Virus record (IMG/VR): IMGVR_UViG_3300035665_000001
Location: 186,001-250,000 of that record
Direction: 5' to 3' (one strand)
Length of the DNA stretch: 64,000 nt
Below are positions 19,657 to 31,867 of this stretch, piece after piece. How positions within the stretch are numbered: the first letter of the stretch is position 1; every line of letters starts with the position of its first letter. The position numbers and the translations under genes are program-made. A model generated the notes under the pieces. That model saw only the letters and a program-made list of their open reading frames with translations, was not told the origin of the DNA and searched no databases.

Positions 19657-20718
19657 ATGAAAATACAAGAACGATTAGAAAATGAAATTTTATTTATAAA
19701 ATTTGGAAATATTAATTTAGAGCAGTTTATTAGGATGGTTGGTTTGAAAATAGATGGTATTGCTAGTGTTGAAATTAGTAGTACCACTAATACGATAATT
19801 AGTGTGCATAAATCAAATGCACGTAGATTGGAGGTGTGTTTTGAATTAACATTAAATCTCTATAATAATTTTTTCTTAAATTGTGATAGAGATATTAAAA
19901 CTGCTTTAAAGAAACTATCAAAACATTCTAAAAAATATGATATTGAATTACTGGAAGTTAAAGATAGTTTTGCAGATGGTGAAAATAGATTTATCAGTTT
20001 TAAATTTAAACCACCCATAAAACAAATATTCCCATTAAGTACAAGAAAAAAAGAGATTTCAACTGATACAATCCGAGATATTATTGGGTTGAAAAAACAT
20101 TTAGATTATTCGGTTATTTCTGATAGACCTGTGAATAATGGGTGGCAATACATTTTCCATGTGTATGATATTGATAAATTTAGTTTACATTATATTGATA
20201 TGGAATTACAACGATCAAAAATATCAAAAGATTATTACATTAAAGTATTTTGTGATAAGTATGCTGATATTAGGGTAGTGCTTCAAAATAAAAAATCTAA
20301 ACAGTTTTTTAAAAATTGCATTCCCCAAATCACTATTCCACATTTAACTGCTATTCTTAGAACTAACGATTATGCTTTAAGTGGTGCATTTACTTACCAG
20401 GATGAATATGCCGCTGGGTTAAAATTTACTAATTTGTTTTTACCAACTATAAATGAATTTTTGGATTTTGATTATGTAGTCAACGAAATAAAACCTTATT
20501 TTAAAGAATATTATCATATTGAAACGAATGTAAGTGAAAATATGATTCGGTTTGTGGATAAAAGTGTTGATGCTAGATACAACCCCGAAGATTTGAGTGA
20601 TTCAATTATTCGTATCGTTCTTGAAGATGTAAAAGTAGAAAAGTTGTCGATACATGATGCAACGGAAATTATAAAATTGCATTTTGAACAAATAATCGAT
20701 AAATTGGTTACATCATAA
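19657..20718 (+). CDS. Hypothetical protein
   Basis: 353-aa ORF with AAGGA RBS. Confidence 0.65.
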   Translation: MKIQERLENEILFIKFGNINLEQFIRMVGLKIDGIASVEISSTTNTIISVHKSNARRLEVCFELTLNLYNNFFLNCDRDIKTALKKLSKHSKKYDIELLEVKDSFADGENRFISFKFKPPIKQIFPLSTRKKEISTDTIRDIIGLKKHLDYSVISDRPVNNGWQYIFHVYDIDKFSLHYIDMELQRSKISKDYYIKVFCDKYADIRVVLQNKKSKQFFKNCIPQITIPHLTAILRTNDYALSGAFTYQDEYAAGLKFTNLFLPTINEFLDFDYVVNEIKPYFKEYYHIETNVSENMIRFVDKSVDARYNPEDLSDSIIRIVLEDVKVEKLSIHDATEIIKLHFEQIIDKLVTS

Positions 20719-21240
20719 CACTACACACATTATTGTTGGGGTTACTAAAATGGTTGATATTATACATGCTACTGAAGCTCGGAAGGTTACTAATATAGCG
20801 GTATCTGTATTAGAAAATCAGTTACAAGTTTTAGAGAATAACAAATGGTTGAAAGATTTAGAAATTATTAATACCGATTTGGATAACATCATCACCAATA
20901 TTATTAATGATGCCATAAAAAATGCAGCAAATGAGATGAAATATAGTGTTGAGTTTATAATTTCTACCGAAGATATTTCTTATGCTGATAAGTATTTTTA
21001 TTATACTCATATCATTCTTTCAGAATATTCTGAAAGAATGGTGGAAACCTTTGTTGATAAACTTAAAACTATTATTGAAGGTGGTGGTTATCATTGGCAG
21101 ATTGCAAAAAATAATATATTAGATTTGTGTCCAAAATTACAGGTTTCAAGTTATGTAGAATATTATTTTTTATCAGTTGACTGGTTAGTTGATGATGATA
21201 TTTACAATTGATGTTCTAATCCCTATTAGAGGAAAAAACT

Positions 21241-21720
21241 ATGAATACACCAAATGAAGTTGAACTAGATGTTAATTATGATGTTGATCAAGATGAATGG
21301 GATAAATTACTCCAGAATCAAATTGATTTATTGGATGATGATGGTTTTTATGATTTTGATTGCGATGAATGGGTTGTTAGTATGGGCGAATATGTTCCAG
21401 ATAAATGGGTTATTGTAAATATTTCTAATCCTACGGTCACCATTAGAAAGGTTTTAGGGTCTTGGTATGGCGGTTTTAATGGTGGTTGGAGTTATCGATT
21501 GAGTAGCGGTATCACTCAAACTGTTGATATGGGAGATTATTTTGAAATTCATAATGCATCTGGTAGTGTATATAAATGTTATAAATTCTGTCATGGTATG
21601 AGCTTATTTACAGCTGGGATATATGATGATTTTGTTAAAAACATTCCTGATGATACAGCTATATTCATCGAGGATAACCATGAACAGGATTATTTCGGGC
21701 ATTCTAACCTTCTACCATAG
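21241..21720 (+). CDS. Phage hypothetical protein
   Basis: PDKWVIV..KVLGSWYGG..SYRLSSGIT..NASGSVYKC pattern; GAGG RBS. Confidence 0.6.
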   Translation: MNTPNEVELDVNYDVDQDEWDKLLQNQIDLLDDDGFYDFDCDEWVVSMGEYVPDKWVIVNISNPTVTIRKVLGSWYGGFNGGWSYRLSSGITQTVDMGDYFEIHNASGSVYKCYKFCHGMSLFTAGIYDDFVKNIPDDTAIFIEDNHEQDYFGHSNLLP

Positions 21721-24700
21721 AAATTTAAACTGTATGTTTTGGTTTGGTGGATATGGTTTTTAATTAATTGACATAAAATGGTTTATTTTCTCAAAATTGT
21801 ATTGTAATTATGGTATAATAAAATAACATTTTTTGAAATATGATTGAGAAAAAATATGAACACTATATCAGCATATAAAGAAACCACCGATAATTGGTTT
21901 CCTTCATTTAAATTTGTAGGAAATCAAAATCGGAATTTTGTTAATGTTGAATTCACAAAGATTGAACCAAATACATTGACAACGGGTATTGATGCATGGC
22001 GTGTTTGTGCTTGGGGCAATGATGATTTTGGGTTAGAACTTGATTATACCGACAGGATAGAAGCATTAAATATGTTTTACGCTATTATTACGTTGGAATA
22101 TGTTAATGTAGATATTTTGTGTGGTTATGGATTTAAAAGTGCATAAACTTTAGCTTTTTATTTTTTTAGGGGGAGAAATGAAAATTAATTTTGACAAAAG
22201 GTCGGTTGGACTTATATCTGTAATATTTTTGGGTGTGTTAATATTGATACAGTATATTTACACTATTGTAAGTTTTATTATGTAGAGTTATTAAGAAAAT
22301 GCAAACTATCCTGATAGCGTTTATTATGTTTCATATGACATTGATGATGTCATATGAGTTTAGATGTAGATTATATTTAATGCTATTATCTATTTTAGAG
22401 AAAATTGAACGAAAAATAAAGGAAATAAAAAAAGATGACGAATAATTTTTTTAGTAAACTGTCCGCTAAAGATGAATTACGTAAAAAGTTGATTAAAGAT
22501 TATGAGATTGGTTTGGATTATGCAAAAAAATTAAAAAATGCTGGTCGTGAAAACATTATTGATAATTTAGGTGGTACAACTTATAATGTTGTGTCAATTG
22601 ATGATTATATTAATTATTGGGAAGTTGGATTAAAAGCCCTATTATCGGGTGCTGATCCAGAAAAATATGATTTTTAATATATTTTTTTAATATTTAGTAT
22701 TTGATTACTAAACAAATTTTAACAGATTTAAAAATAGGATGAAAGAATGGCTCTTAAAGAATCAAACAAAAATAGAAGTAACATGAATAACTGTTGTGGA
22801 CAGGGATGTAATAATCATGCAAACAAAGGTTGTGGGTCGAATGATGTTGATGATACATCGAGTTATATTACTGGAATAATTATTGGTAGTATGTTTGTTT
22901 TTGGTATATTTTTTCTGTTAGTTAACAGTTTTATTTTTCCAACGTTGTAATGGGTTTGTAGGTTACTTTACTCTGGGAGTTAATGATGTGTTTTAAATTG
23001 TTTGAATTGCTATGTATTGTATTATTCGTCAGTGTAATTGTAGGCTTAATAAGTTTGTTGGGATTTGTTTTAATTAAAATTCCATATTTCTTAATGTTAA
23101 TTATTAATGTTTTGTCAATAATAATCTTAGTTGTTATGTTTTTTTACGGTGGTATTGCACTTAGTTGTAGAATCGATAGAATATATAACCGTAAGATAAA
23201 AGATTAGCTAGTATTATTGTTGAGTACTGTATGCCATTAAGAGATAGACAGGCTGCGAGACGCATTAAAACTTTGTTAGAGTTACCTAATACTGATATTG
23301 GTAGTATTACTGATTTGTTGACAGATATTATTCATTATTGTAATCTTGAGGGTGAAGATTTTAATTCGATTCTAAAAGATGCCAAGGATTATGTGTGGAA
23401 GGATATTGAAACTGATGAGGCTGAATTTGATGATATAGCTGAATTAGAATGGAACAAAAAATAAAAATTCACTTATGTAGTTTGGATAATTAATATGAAA
23501 CATACTAACACTAACTTTAAACCTGATTTAGATTGGGTAGATTTTTTCGAACGTTTTGATCGTAGAATTGAGGAATTAATTTCTGCTAACGATATAACTT
23601 TCGAACAGGCAGAAAAAATTGTTAACACGGAATTTAATTTAGATGACTGACATGACTATTCCGCCTGTAGTATTGGTTATTTTGAAGATAAACATTTAAG
23701 TTACTATGATTAAAAATAAGAAAAAATTATGACTTTTGTTAATTTTGAGAATAAATGTGATGATATAGATTCTATAACATGGGAATTCCAAGGTATAGTG
23801 ATTTATCCATTTTATGCCAAATACAAAGATTCGGATGGATATGATATTACATTTGTTGTAGATAACACTGGAATAGCAATTTGTTATTCTAAAAACATCA
23901 ATTCAAAAAAATTTGATGAATTTTTTTATTTTATTCAATGTGATTTAAATTACACTTTAGCTAAATTAGTTTGTGATGGGTTGGAAAAAATGGATATTGA
24001 CAGATATTTAGGTGAGGTTAAACATTATTATGAAAAACACACTATAACACATACCAACTTAAAGAGAAATTAAAAAAATTTGATAAATTGAATCAATTGA
24101 GTTAAGTATATTTTCAATTTTAAAATAGGGGTGCATAATGCTAAGTGAAAAGAAAGAAACAATATTAACACAAAAAATAGATAATTTCTTTAAAATAACA
24201 GAACTACTAAATGAACAATATACTCATTTAGTTTACCAACCGATTCTGGATATAACTTACAGAATATCATTTGATGGTAATAATGTTGTTTGGTATAAAT
24301 CTGGAAATGAAACCACCAAATATCGATTGCCACCAAATATTTTTTTAAAATATATTAAAGTGGATATTGATAAAAAAATAAAATGCAGATTAGAAGATTT
24401 AGCTTATGTTGTATCAAGAAATTTTACATCTGGTAAATCGTCGAGTGCAGATGTAAATTGGGATATGGTTGATTTCACCGACAATGGTATCATATTGTCG
24501 TTTAATATAATGCCCTATACTGCAAATTGGTGTGGAATTAAAAAATTTCAAACACCATATAAATTCACCATTACCATTAGTAAGGATTATATTATAGTTG
24601 AGTCAGTTGAAATTAACACAAATGTTGAACCTATATCTGCCACGCTGTTTGATTTTTACGAACTGGATAATGTTATCACATTATTAGGTAAAATGTTAAA

Positions 24701-26198
24701 AATTAGAGATTATGGTGATGATGGTTAAGTTTTGAAAATTGAATATTTTCAAAGTAATTTTCACTAGATGTGGGGTAAAGTAATGGTTTTCGATAAAGAA
24801 CCAAATTTAAAAGAATTTAATGATATATTTCAATCGTATGTTTCTGATTGTATGAGTAATGATGGTAATATTCAGTCACATACGTTTCCTGCAAACCTGA
24901 ATGTGTGGTGTGAGGAAGAAGATGGTTCATGCTACGATATAGTTGCGATTAATCGGGATTATTTAGGTGGTTGTGGTTGCCCTAGTGGTATTGAAATCAT
25001 TATTAAAAAGAGTAACATTTAATTAAAAAAATAATAGGATAATAATATATGGGTTTTATTCCTGCTGAACCACCACCAAAAAGTAAAACTATCCCGCTAT
25101 CAGATGACAATCTTATATTAATGGATGGTAATGAGAGTTTAATTGATGTTGTTGAAAATAATCCATCAGCATTCTGTAACAGAATGGATTTTGATAATAT
25201 TTCAACAATTGATGATGATATGGTATAATATTCTTATATTTTTGTATGTTAATTCCCTTTGTGAACGTATTACCAAATACTTTTGAGTATTGGTTTCACA
25301 TCACGGATAAAATAACCAAAATCATTTTAGGTTTCTAAAAAACGATGAACGATGTAGTTGGTTGTAAGTTTCCACTTTTATTAGATTGCGGTAAGAAAAT
25401 TAGATGATTAAAAATGAAAGCTAAAGAATTAATTAAATTATTATCACAACATCCTAACGCTGATGTGGTTATAAGTGACTATAATGGTTGCGAAACACCA
25501 TTTTATGATGTTGATGCTATTGAATTCCATGAAAATAGTTATCCTGTCGGTGAAAATATTAGAAAAAGTGTCCAAACCAAACAAAGGTTTGATTACTTTC
25601 ATATTGGGTGAAAAATGTTAATGTGTAGTATTTTCCAACACTACACAAAGAATGCTGTGTGTTGATAGTCAAAATAATGAATCATGTGGTGTGAAGTATT
25701 TACATTTAATGATATTACATTAAGTGTGAATAATGTACAATCCAAAACATTTTATAACCGTGCTGAATTGATTGAATTTTTAAAACAGCATAAAGTTAGA
25801 TTAGATGATCCAAAATATCCCTTAGAATTAGAGGGACCTTACGAACATCATGTCTTTGGTAATTGTGTTTATACCGTTAAACAATGAACCACTATTGGCT
25901 GGATTAAAGACGAAATGATAGGATAAAATAATGAATAAACATATTTACGAGCTTGCAGAACAAGCTGGAATACAACACCGTTTAGAAACCCCTAACGAGA
26001 TTTGGGGATTTGATCATAATTTAGAAAAGTTTGCTGAACTGATTATCAAAGAATGTATTGATAAGATTGAAACGCATCGAATTCGTGTAGGCAACAGTCC
26101 AGCAGGTGAATTAGCAGCTGAATGGACTTATGATTCATTGTTTGTGATTAGGGATAAGATTAAAGATCATTTTGATATGGGTTAGTAGATTATAATCC

Positions 26199-26719
26199 AT
26201 GAAAATTAATGGGACATTAATGAAAAGTAACTTTAGTAATCCAGTTGAAGCTGCTATACATTTGTTAAATGTTGCATGGGATGACAATCTTCCGGTAAAT
26301 CCAATAAAAATAGCGAACAAAATAGGTATAGAAGTGCGTTCTATTTCTTCGGACTCTTATAGTGGCAAAGCAATGTACGAAGGAAATAAACCAATTGTTG
26401 AGTTTAATGAAAAAGATACTCTTAGTGGTAAATTATTTACTATTTCTCATGAAATAGGACATCATTATCTTGGGCATACTGAAGGTGAAGAACAACATTT
26501 TGTACCACGCATTGATGAAGCTGAAAATTTCAATGTAAACGTAAATGATGAGTATGACAGACAAGCAAATAATTTCGCTATGGAATTGTTGATGCCTTAC
26601 AGTGTGGTTGATTTTTTAATAACTAAAAAAAGATGACCTCATTATATGATTTAGCGAATAAATTTGAAGTATCAACAGTTGCGATGAAATATAGGCTAAA
26701 GAATTTAGGGTGGAATTAA
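26199..26719 (+). CDS. ImmA/IrrE-family zinc metallopeptidase; C-terminal HTH tail is in the -1 frame
   Basis: FTISHEIGH (HExxH), RQANNFAMELLMP; after A7 at 26625-26631 the -1 frame reads MTSLYDLANKFEVSTVAMKYRLKNLGWN to 26719. Confidence 0.75.
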
Positions 26720-26881
26720 AATATGCCATTGGTAATTGAGTTGATACTCAAAAGTAAACAAAATCAGGTCCACAATAACCATACTTGAGATATTTAATAT
26801 ATTGTATGTTATAATCAATAATTATATTAATCTTCAAAAATTATTATCTGATAATAGACGTCAATTAAAGAGGAATTAAAA

Positions 26882-27106
26882 ATGAGAAGTGATGCATCAA
26901 GATTTACCGAATATGTTTTATTAGATATTAACCAGGCAAACGAAAAATTATCCAAGGCTGTATGGAGTATCAATCAGGTACAACAGCAGTTTACGTCTGA
27001 GAAATTTGAGTATGTAAAACAGCTAATGTACGAATCTAAAGAGATAGATGAATTAAAACGAAATATTGCTGATTTTGAAAAATTGTTAAATAACCATGCT
27101 GATTAG
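26882..27106 (+). CDS. Hypothetical protein, paralog of 39603-39833
   Basis: ESKEIDELKRNIADFEKLL vs ESGAIEKLKQGITDFEAML; similar upstream DNA. Confidence 0.6.
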   Translation: MRSDASRFTEYVLLDINQANEKLSKAVWSINQVQQQFTSEKFEYVKQLMYESKEIDELKRNIADFEKLLNNHAD

Positions 27107-27112
27107 ATAGGT

Positions 27113-27141
27113 GTCAATTACCCCACCCTAAAGGATGGGGC
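27113..27141. mobile_element. Isolated IS200/IS605-type end hairpin
   Basis: GTCAATTACCCCACCCTAAAGGATGGGGC, with the same CCTAAAGG loop core as the 4360 hairpin. Confidence 0.5.
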
Positions 27142-28017
27142 ATTTTGGTAGAACATGGGTAAATTAAAGAGAAAATAAAATGCCAACAACTAAAGAATTG
27201 ACGTCAACAACTGATAAATTTTGTGAAAAACATGGTGGTACTGTAGAACAAGGTGATGCATACTGGTTATGTGACACATGTACTAGAGAGAATATCAACA
27301 AATGTAAATGTGGTGCTTATGCTAGGTATTTTGGCGAAGCTATGCTGTGTAGTATTTCTTGTGAAGCAAATTGTGGTGAAAATTTAGTAATGATATGCTA
27401 CGATGGTGATATTCGTCAGATGTGGAATGATGGTTTGCGTGGGTCCTACGAGGATTAAAATGAAAGATGTTAGTGATACATTAGTTGGTAAATTTCACAG
27501 CCACTTAACAATTAAAAGTAATGACATTGACATGCTAAAAAAGCTGCTACTATAGCTAAAGGTAAATTGACAGTAATGTAGCTTTAGATGCTTGGTGGTG
27601 GACTACATGGATTTAACACACAGAGGAAATAAAAATGACTAAACAATATGAAGAACGTGATATTATGGCATTAGACAGAGCTGGTGGATATTATATTAGA
27701 CATGTTGGTGCCATGACAACAGAAAAATTACACAACAAATCTGATATTGCTGCAGAATTAGCTCATCGAGATTGGTTAATTGATGATTTATTACAGCAAC
27801 TAAAAGCTTATCAGGTTAACTTCAATGATCAAGAAGAACTCTTGGAACAACTTTATTGGGAGTTTGATTCTGAAAGAAAAAGAACACCTGAGAATGAACG
27901 TATTTTGTTCAAAGGTAAGATGAGATTTTTTACAGGACAAGTAACTCAATACTTAAACACCCTTGTTGATGCACTTAAAAATAAGGAGAATTAAATGAAA
28001 TTGGTTGGAGATAGAAA

Positions 28018-28327
28018 ATGCCATTACCGTTTAAAGTTGCTAGTAAATCAACTGAAAAACTGATGTCTTGGAAAGAAGCAGTAAGCTATGTTAAAACGAG
28101 ATGGGTGGTGGTTGGAGATTGCAAACTAAAAATGAAATGAATTGAATTTGATTTACAATTCCAAAACCAATTTTAACGAAAATGAATACTGGTCTGGCAC
28201 GGAGTTTAGTTCAACAAGGTCGTGAATAAAATTCTCCAACTGTTGTGGGTTCAGAAATCTTACTCATAAGTCTCACAGTTACTACATTAGAGCTGTAATG
28301 GATGTTGAACAAGTAAAACAAATCTAA
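28018..28327 (+). pseudogene. Lcl/DUF1566-like pseudogene
   Basis: MPLPFKVASKSTEKLMSWKEAVSYVK / GGWRLQTKNE / YWSGTE..YIRAV, with frameshifts and TGA at the conserved Trp. Confidence 0.75.
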
Positions 28328-29906
28328 ACAACTTATTATGGGGTGTGGATAAAGAAAATGGATAATCAGATAACTTATCTTTATTTTTGTACTCTTGGTG
28401 GATTGGCTAATCCTCGGTGTTACAAAAAGAAACACCAAAATGGAACGCATGTCTACTATACGTATCATTTAAATTATTAGAGTGAAAATAATATGTCTCA
28501 AAGTAAAATTTTAGAAAATCACAATGTGGGGTAAAATGATGAAATCGCAGTTTGTATGGTTTGGTATTTGGTTTTTTGTTATATTTGTACCAATGGTTAG
28601 TTTGGTGGTGTGCCAATTAACCAGGTGCTTTGGTTAGTTATGAATCGGAAAAAATAAACTGTTAGTCGAATGGTTTCATTCACAATCACCACATATTTGT
28701 GAGATATGGAAAAATATGTCTGGTATCGGTTGTGTCCATCACTGTGTGGGTGTTTTAACATTATTTAATTAGGTAGAGAAGAAAATGGCAAATTATATTT
28801 TAGTAGAAGTGGACATGAATGATGCTGATTATGCAAGTAAATTTACACCAATTGATGATGAAGTATTGGCAATTATATTACCTTTAATTGAAAAAATTAA
28901 AGGTAATACAAACCGTCATAATTTTAGTTATCGAGAAAATACAAATGATGGTGAACATGCGTACGAGGTATATGTAAATGAAGAGACGGTTGATCACGAT
29001 GAAGAAGTTCTTGATATGTTTATGGATTTTCTTCCAGTAACAGAATACGGTTTTCATACGATAAAAACTATTGAAATTTATGATGTTGGGCACATTGAAA
29101 AATTTTTATAATCTGTTGAATAATGTTAGATATTGCGTTTGTGTTATTTGGCTATAATTTGAGTGAGTCAAGCGTACTATGTGAACGTGTTTTAACTAAT
29201 ATGTTGAGGAGTTAAAAAATGACTGATATATTATCATATGACGAATTTATTAAAGGGCGTAAACGTTACGAAAGTAAACGCGAATTAGAAGCGATAGACG
29301 ATTTTTTTGATAATGATGAAAATTGCGATGGCGTGACAATTGATGTTTTTATTGGTTTTTTAAAAAAAATTAAGGAAGACCATAAAGACAAAGATCTTCG
29401 CGTAAAGCAAGATAGTTGGTATTCGTCAAACAAAACATACATTACATACACTGTATATGAGTCTGATAAAGACTATACTCAACGAATGACTAAATCCTAC
29501 AATACATACGTTGAAAATCAATCAGCAAAAATGATTAAAATGGCTGTTGATCCAGCAGATAAAATCAAAGCATTAGAAGTGGAGATTGCTAGACTAAGAA
29601 CGTTGATTGGAACAAATGAATGAAAAAATTTCCGGTAATATGGTAAGAAAAAAATGAACAAAAATATTACATTTGAAACGTACAATTATATTACAGTAAC
29701 ATTAGATAAGTTGAGAGATGAAATAATGTATGTTGGTGATACTGATACTCGCATTTCGTTGTTAGAGCATCGTGATGCTATTCAACGCATTATTAGTGGA
29801 CATTCGTTTAAACCAATTAATCCCACCATTCCACCACAAAAACTTCCAAAAGACGGACAATAATATTTTTACATTGATTCATTGAAATGAAAAAGGAAAT
29901 ACAAAA

Positions 29907-30842
29907 ATGTCTAAAAAATTTAAACAAAAAATATCAAAATATATCAATGAGTTGGAATCACGTGGTGTCATTGTTGTGCAAGAAGGTGATTACATGGAAG
30001 ACGAAGATTATACAATTTATGATGTTGTTTATGAATATGTGATGAAATGTAATGACGATGAAATATATCATATCGTCCATCATGCTGATGGACATCTGGA
30101 GTTTACAAATGCAATTGAGGTTGATGTTTTAATTATTGATGATGCGTCAGATTTGTCATTATTATCTAATATCCAAGTTACATTAGATTTGTCGTTAGTG
30201 GAAGATGAAGATGAACCAGCTGATAACGATAGATTGAAATCTGTTGAAAATCAATTAGATAGATTAACACAAATACTATTGCCAATTTCTGAAAAATTGG
30301 ATAACTTGGAACGGAAATTATTAAAATTGAATACTCAACAAGCAAATTATTGTTTAAAATTTAATAAATTGCAGGAAGAAATAACTGGTATCCAAAAACA
30401 CCTAGTGGGTAGTAATGTGCAATCTCCAATTAAATCAAATATCACTTTGAAAAAATCTATTGATGATTTATTTGGTGAGGGTTATTACGATAGTCATCAA
30501 CAATTGGAAAATAGCGACCATCATCAATCGGAAATTAAATCAAAAAACAGTTTGACACGATATATTGATGATTTACTCGAGTTGGGTATTATATCGGCAG
30601 GTAAAAATTGTGGAAGATATTTTGATGGTACCTCAAGAATAATTCATAAAGTTAGTGATGAATATACCCTGACCCATTATAGTGAAATTAACACCTTTGA
30701 TGTTACCGAATTAAATTATGGTGCTGATACATTAACATTATATGGACAAAATGGTGCCTTTGGAGAACGTTATACCAACGAAGATTTTGAAACGTTTTTT
30801 AAAGAATCAAATTATCCATTAAAATTTAAATTAGCTAATTAG
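29907..30842 (+). CDS. Hypothetical protein with central coiled coil
   Basis: 311-aa ORF; heptad-rich segment RLKSVENQLDRL..LQEEITGIQKHL. Confidence 0.65.
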   Translation: MSKKFKQKISKYINELESRGVIVVQEGDYMEDEDYTIYDVVYEYVMKCNDDEIYHIVHHADGHLEFTNAIEVDVLIIDDASDLSLLSNIQVTLDLSLVEDEDEPADNDRLKSVENQLDRLTQILLPISEKLDNLERKLLKLNTQQANYCLKFNKLQEEITGIQKHLVGSNVQSPIKSNITLKKSIDDLFGEGYYDSHQQLENSDHHQSEIKSKNSLTRYIDDLLELGIISAGKNCGRYFDGTSRIIHKVSDEYTLTHYSEINTFDVTELNYGADTLTLYGQNGAFGERYTNEDFETFFKESNYPLKFKLAN

Positions 30843-30913
30843 TGGACTAACGTAATAAATTATAATATAATATATTTTTTAAAATAACTTTTACAAACTA
30901 AAAGGATACTATT

Positions 30914-31852
30914 ATGGACATTAAAACAGAAATTGCCGAATTAAAATCTCGCATTAATATATTAGAACAACAATTAATTGAATTACCAAAAGAATTTCCA
31001 TTTGAAATAGCTCCTAAAATAAGTGAGCGAGAATGTAAATGGGAAGATGCCATTAGCTATTGTGAATTTTTAGGCCATGGATGGAGATTGCCTTATTTGA
31101 ATGAATTGGATTTAATATATCAAACTGAAAATGATTTTGGTGACAATACCTACTGGTCCGATACCACGAGTGGTGGCATTTACGTATGGCTTCATAATAT
31201 GTCTAATGGAAATCAGTTCAGGGACAGTAAGGTTAATAGCAGATACTATGTTAGACCTATCCGTGATTTAGTTAAATCAAAACTACCATTCGAAATAGCA
31301 GATATATCAACTGAGATTAAATCTGATTGGGATAGTGCCGTAGAATATGTTAAAAGATTAGGTAATGAATGGAGATTACCTAGTATAAATGAATTGGATT
31401 TGATTTATCAAACTGAAAACGACTTTGGGGACAATACTTACTGGACCTCTACTGAGGGCAATGGCAATGGCGCATGGGGTCAGAATGTGTCTAATGGGAA
31501 TCAGTTCAACTACAGTAAGAACTTCGGTGGCAACTACGTTAGACCTATCCGCAATTTAGTTAAATCGAAACTACCCTTTGTAATTGCAGCCAAGGCGTTT
31601 GAGATTAAATCTGATTGGGATAGTGCAGTAGAATATGTTAAAACATTGGGTAAAGGATGGCGACTACCAACTAAAGATGAATTAACATTAATTTATCAAA
31701 CTGCAAATGATTTCGGTGACAATACTTACTGGTCCACCACTGAGCCTGATGGCGATTACGCCTGGATTCAGGATATGTCCTGTGGGTATCAGAACTTCCA
31801 CAATAAGTATGGTGGCAATTTCTATGTTAGAGCTGTTAAAGATATAAATTAA
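30914..31852 (+). CDS. Protein with coiled-coil leader and three tandem Lcl/DUF1566-like domains (putative DGR target)
   Basis: Three 96-aa (288-nt) units, each W..A..Y....G..WRLP...EL....YWS...W.......G.Q......YVR. Confidence 0.85.
   Translation: MDIKTEIAELKSRINILEQQLIELPKEFPFEIAPKISERECKWEDAISYCEFLGHGWRLPYLNELDLIYQTENDFGDNTYWSDTTSGGIYVWLHNMSNGNQFRDSKVNSRYYVRPIRDLVKSKLPFEIADISTEIKSDWDSAVEYVKRLGNEWRLPSINELDLIYQTENDFGDNTYWTSTEGNGNGAWGQNVSNGNQFNYSKNFGGNYVRPIRNLVKSKLPFVIAAKAFEIKSDWDSAVEYVKTLGKGWRLPTKDELTLIYQTANDFGDNTYWSTTEPDGDYAWIQDMSCGYQNFHNKYGGNFYVRAVKDIN
31151..31264 (+). repeat. DGR-like variable region VR-A
   Basis: 38 codons; aligns with VR-B and VR-C; variable codons mostly NNY. Confidence 0.7.
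31439..31552 (+). repeat. DGR-like variable region VR-B
   Basis: tac tgg acc tct act gag ggc aat ggc aat ggc gca tgg ggt cag aat ... aac tac gtt aga. Confidence 0.75.
31727..31840 (+). repeat. DGR-like variable region VR-C
   Basis: tac tgg tcc acc act gag cct gat ggc gat tac gcc tgg att cag gat ... ttc tat gtt aga. Confidence 0.75.
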
Positions 31853-31867
31853 AAAGATAATATTAAA

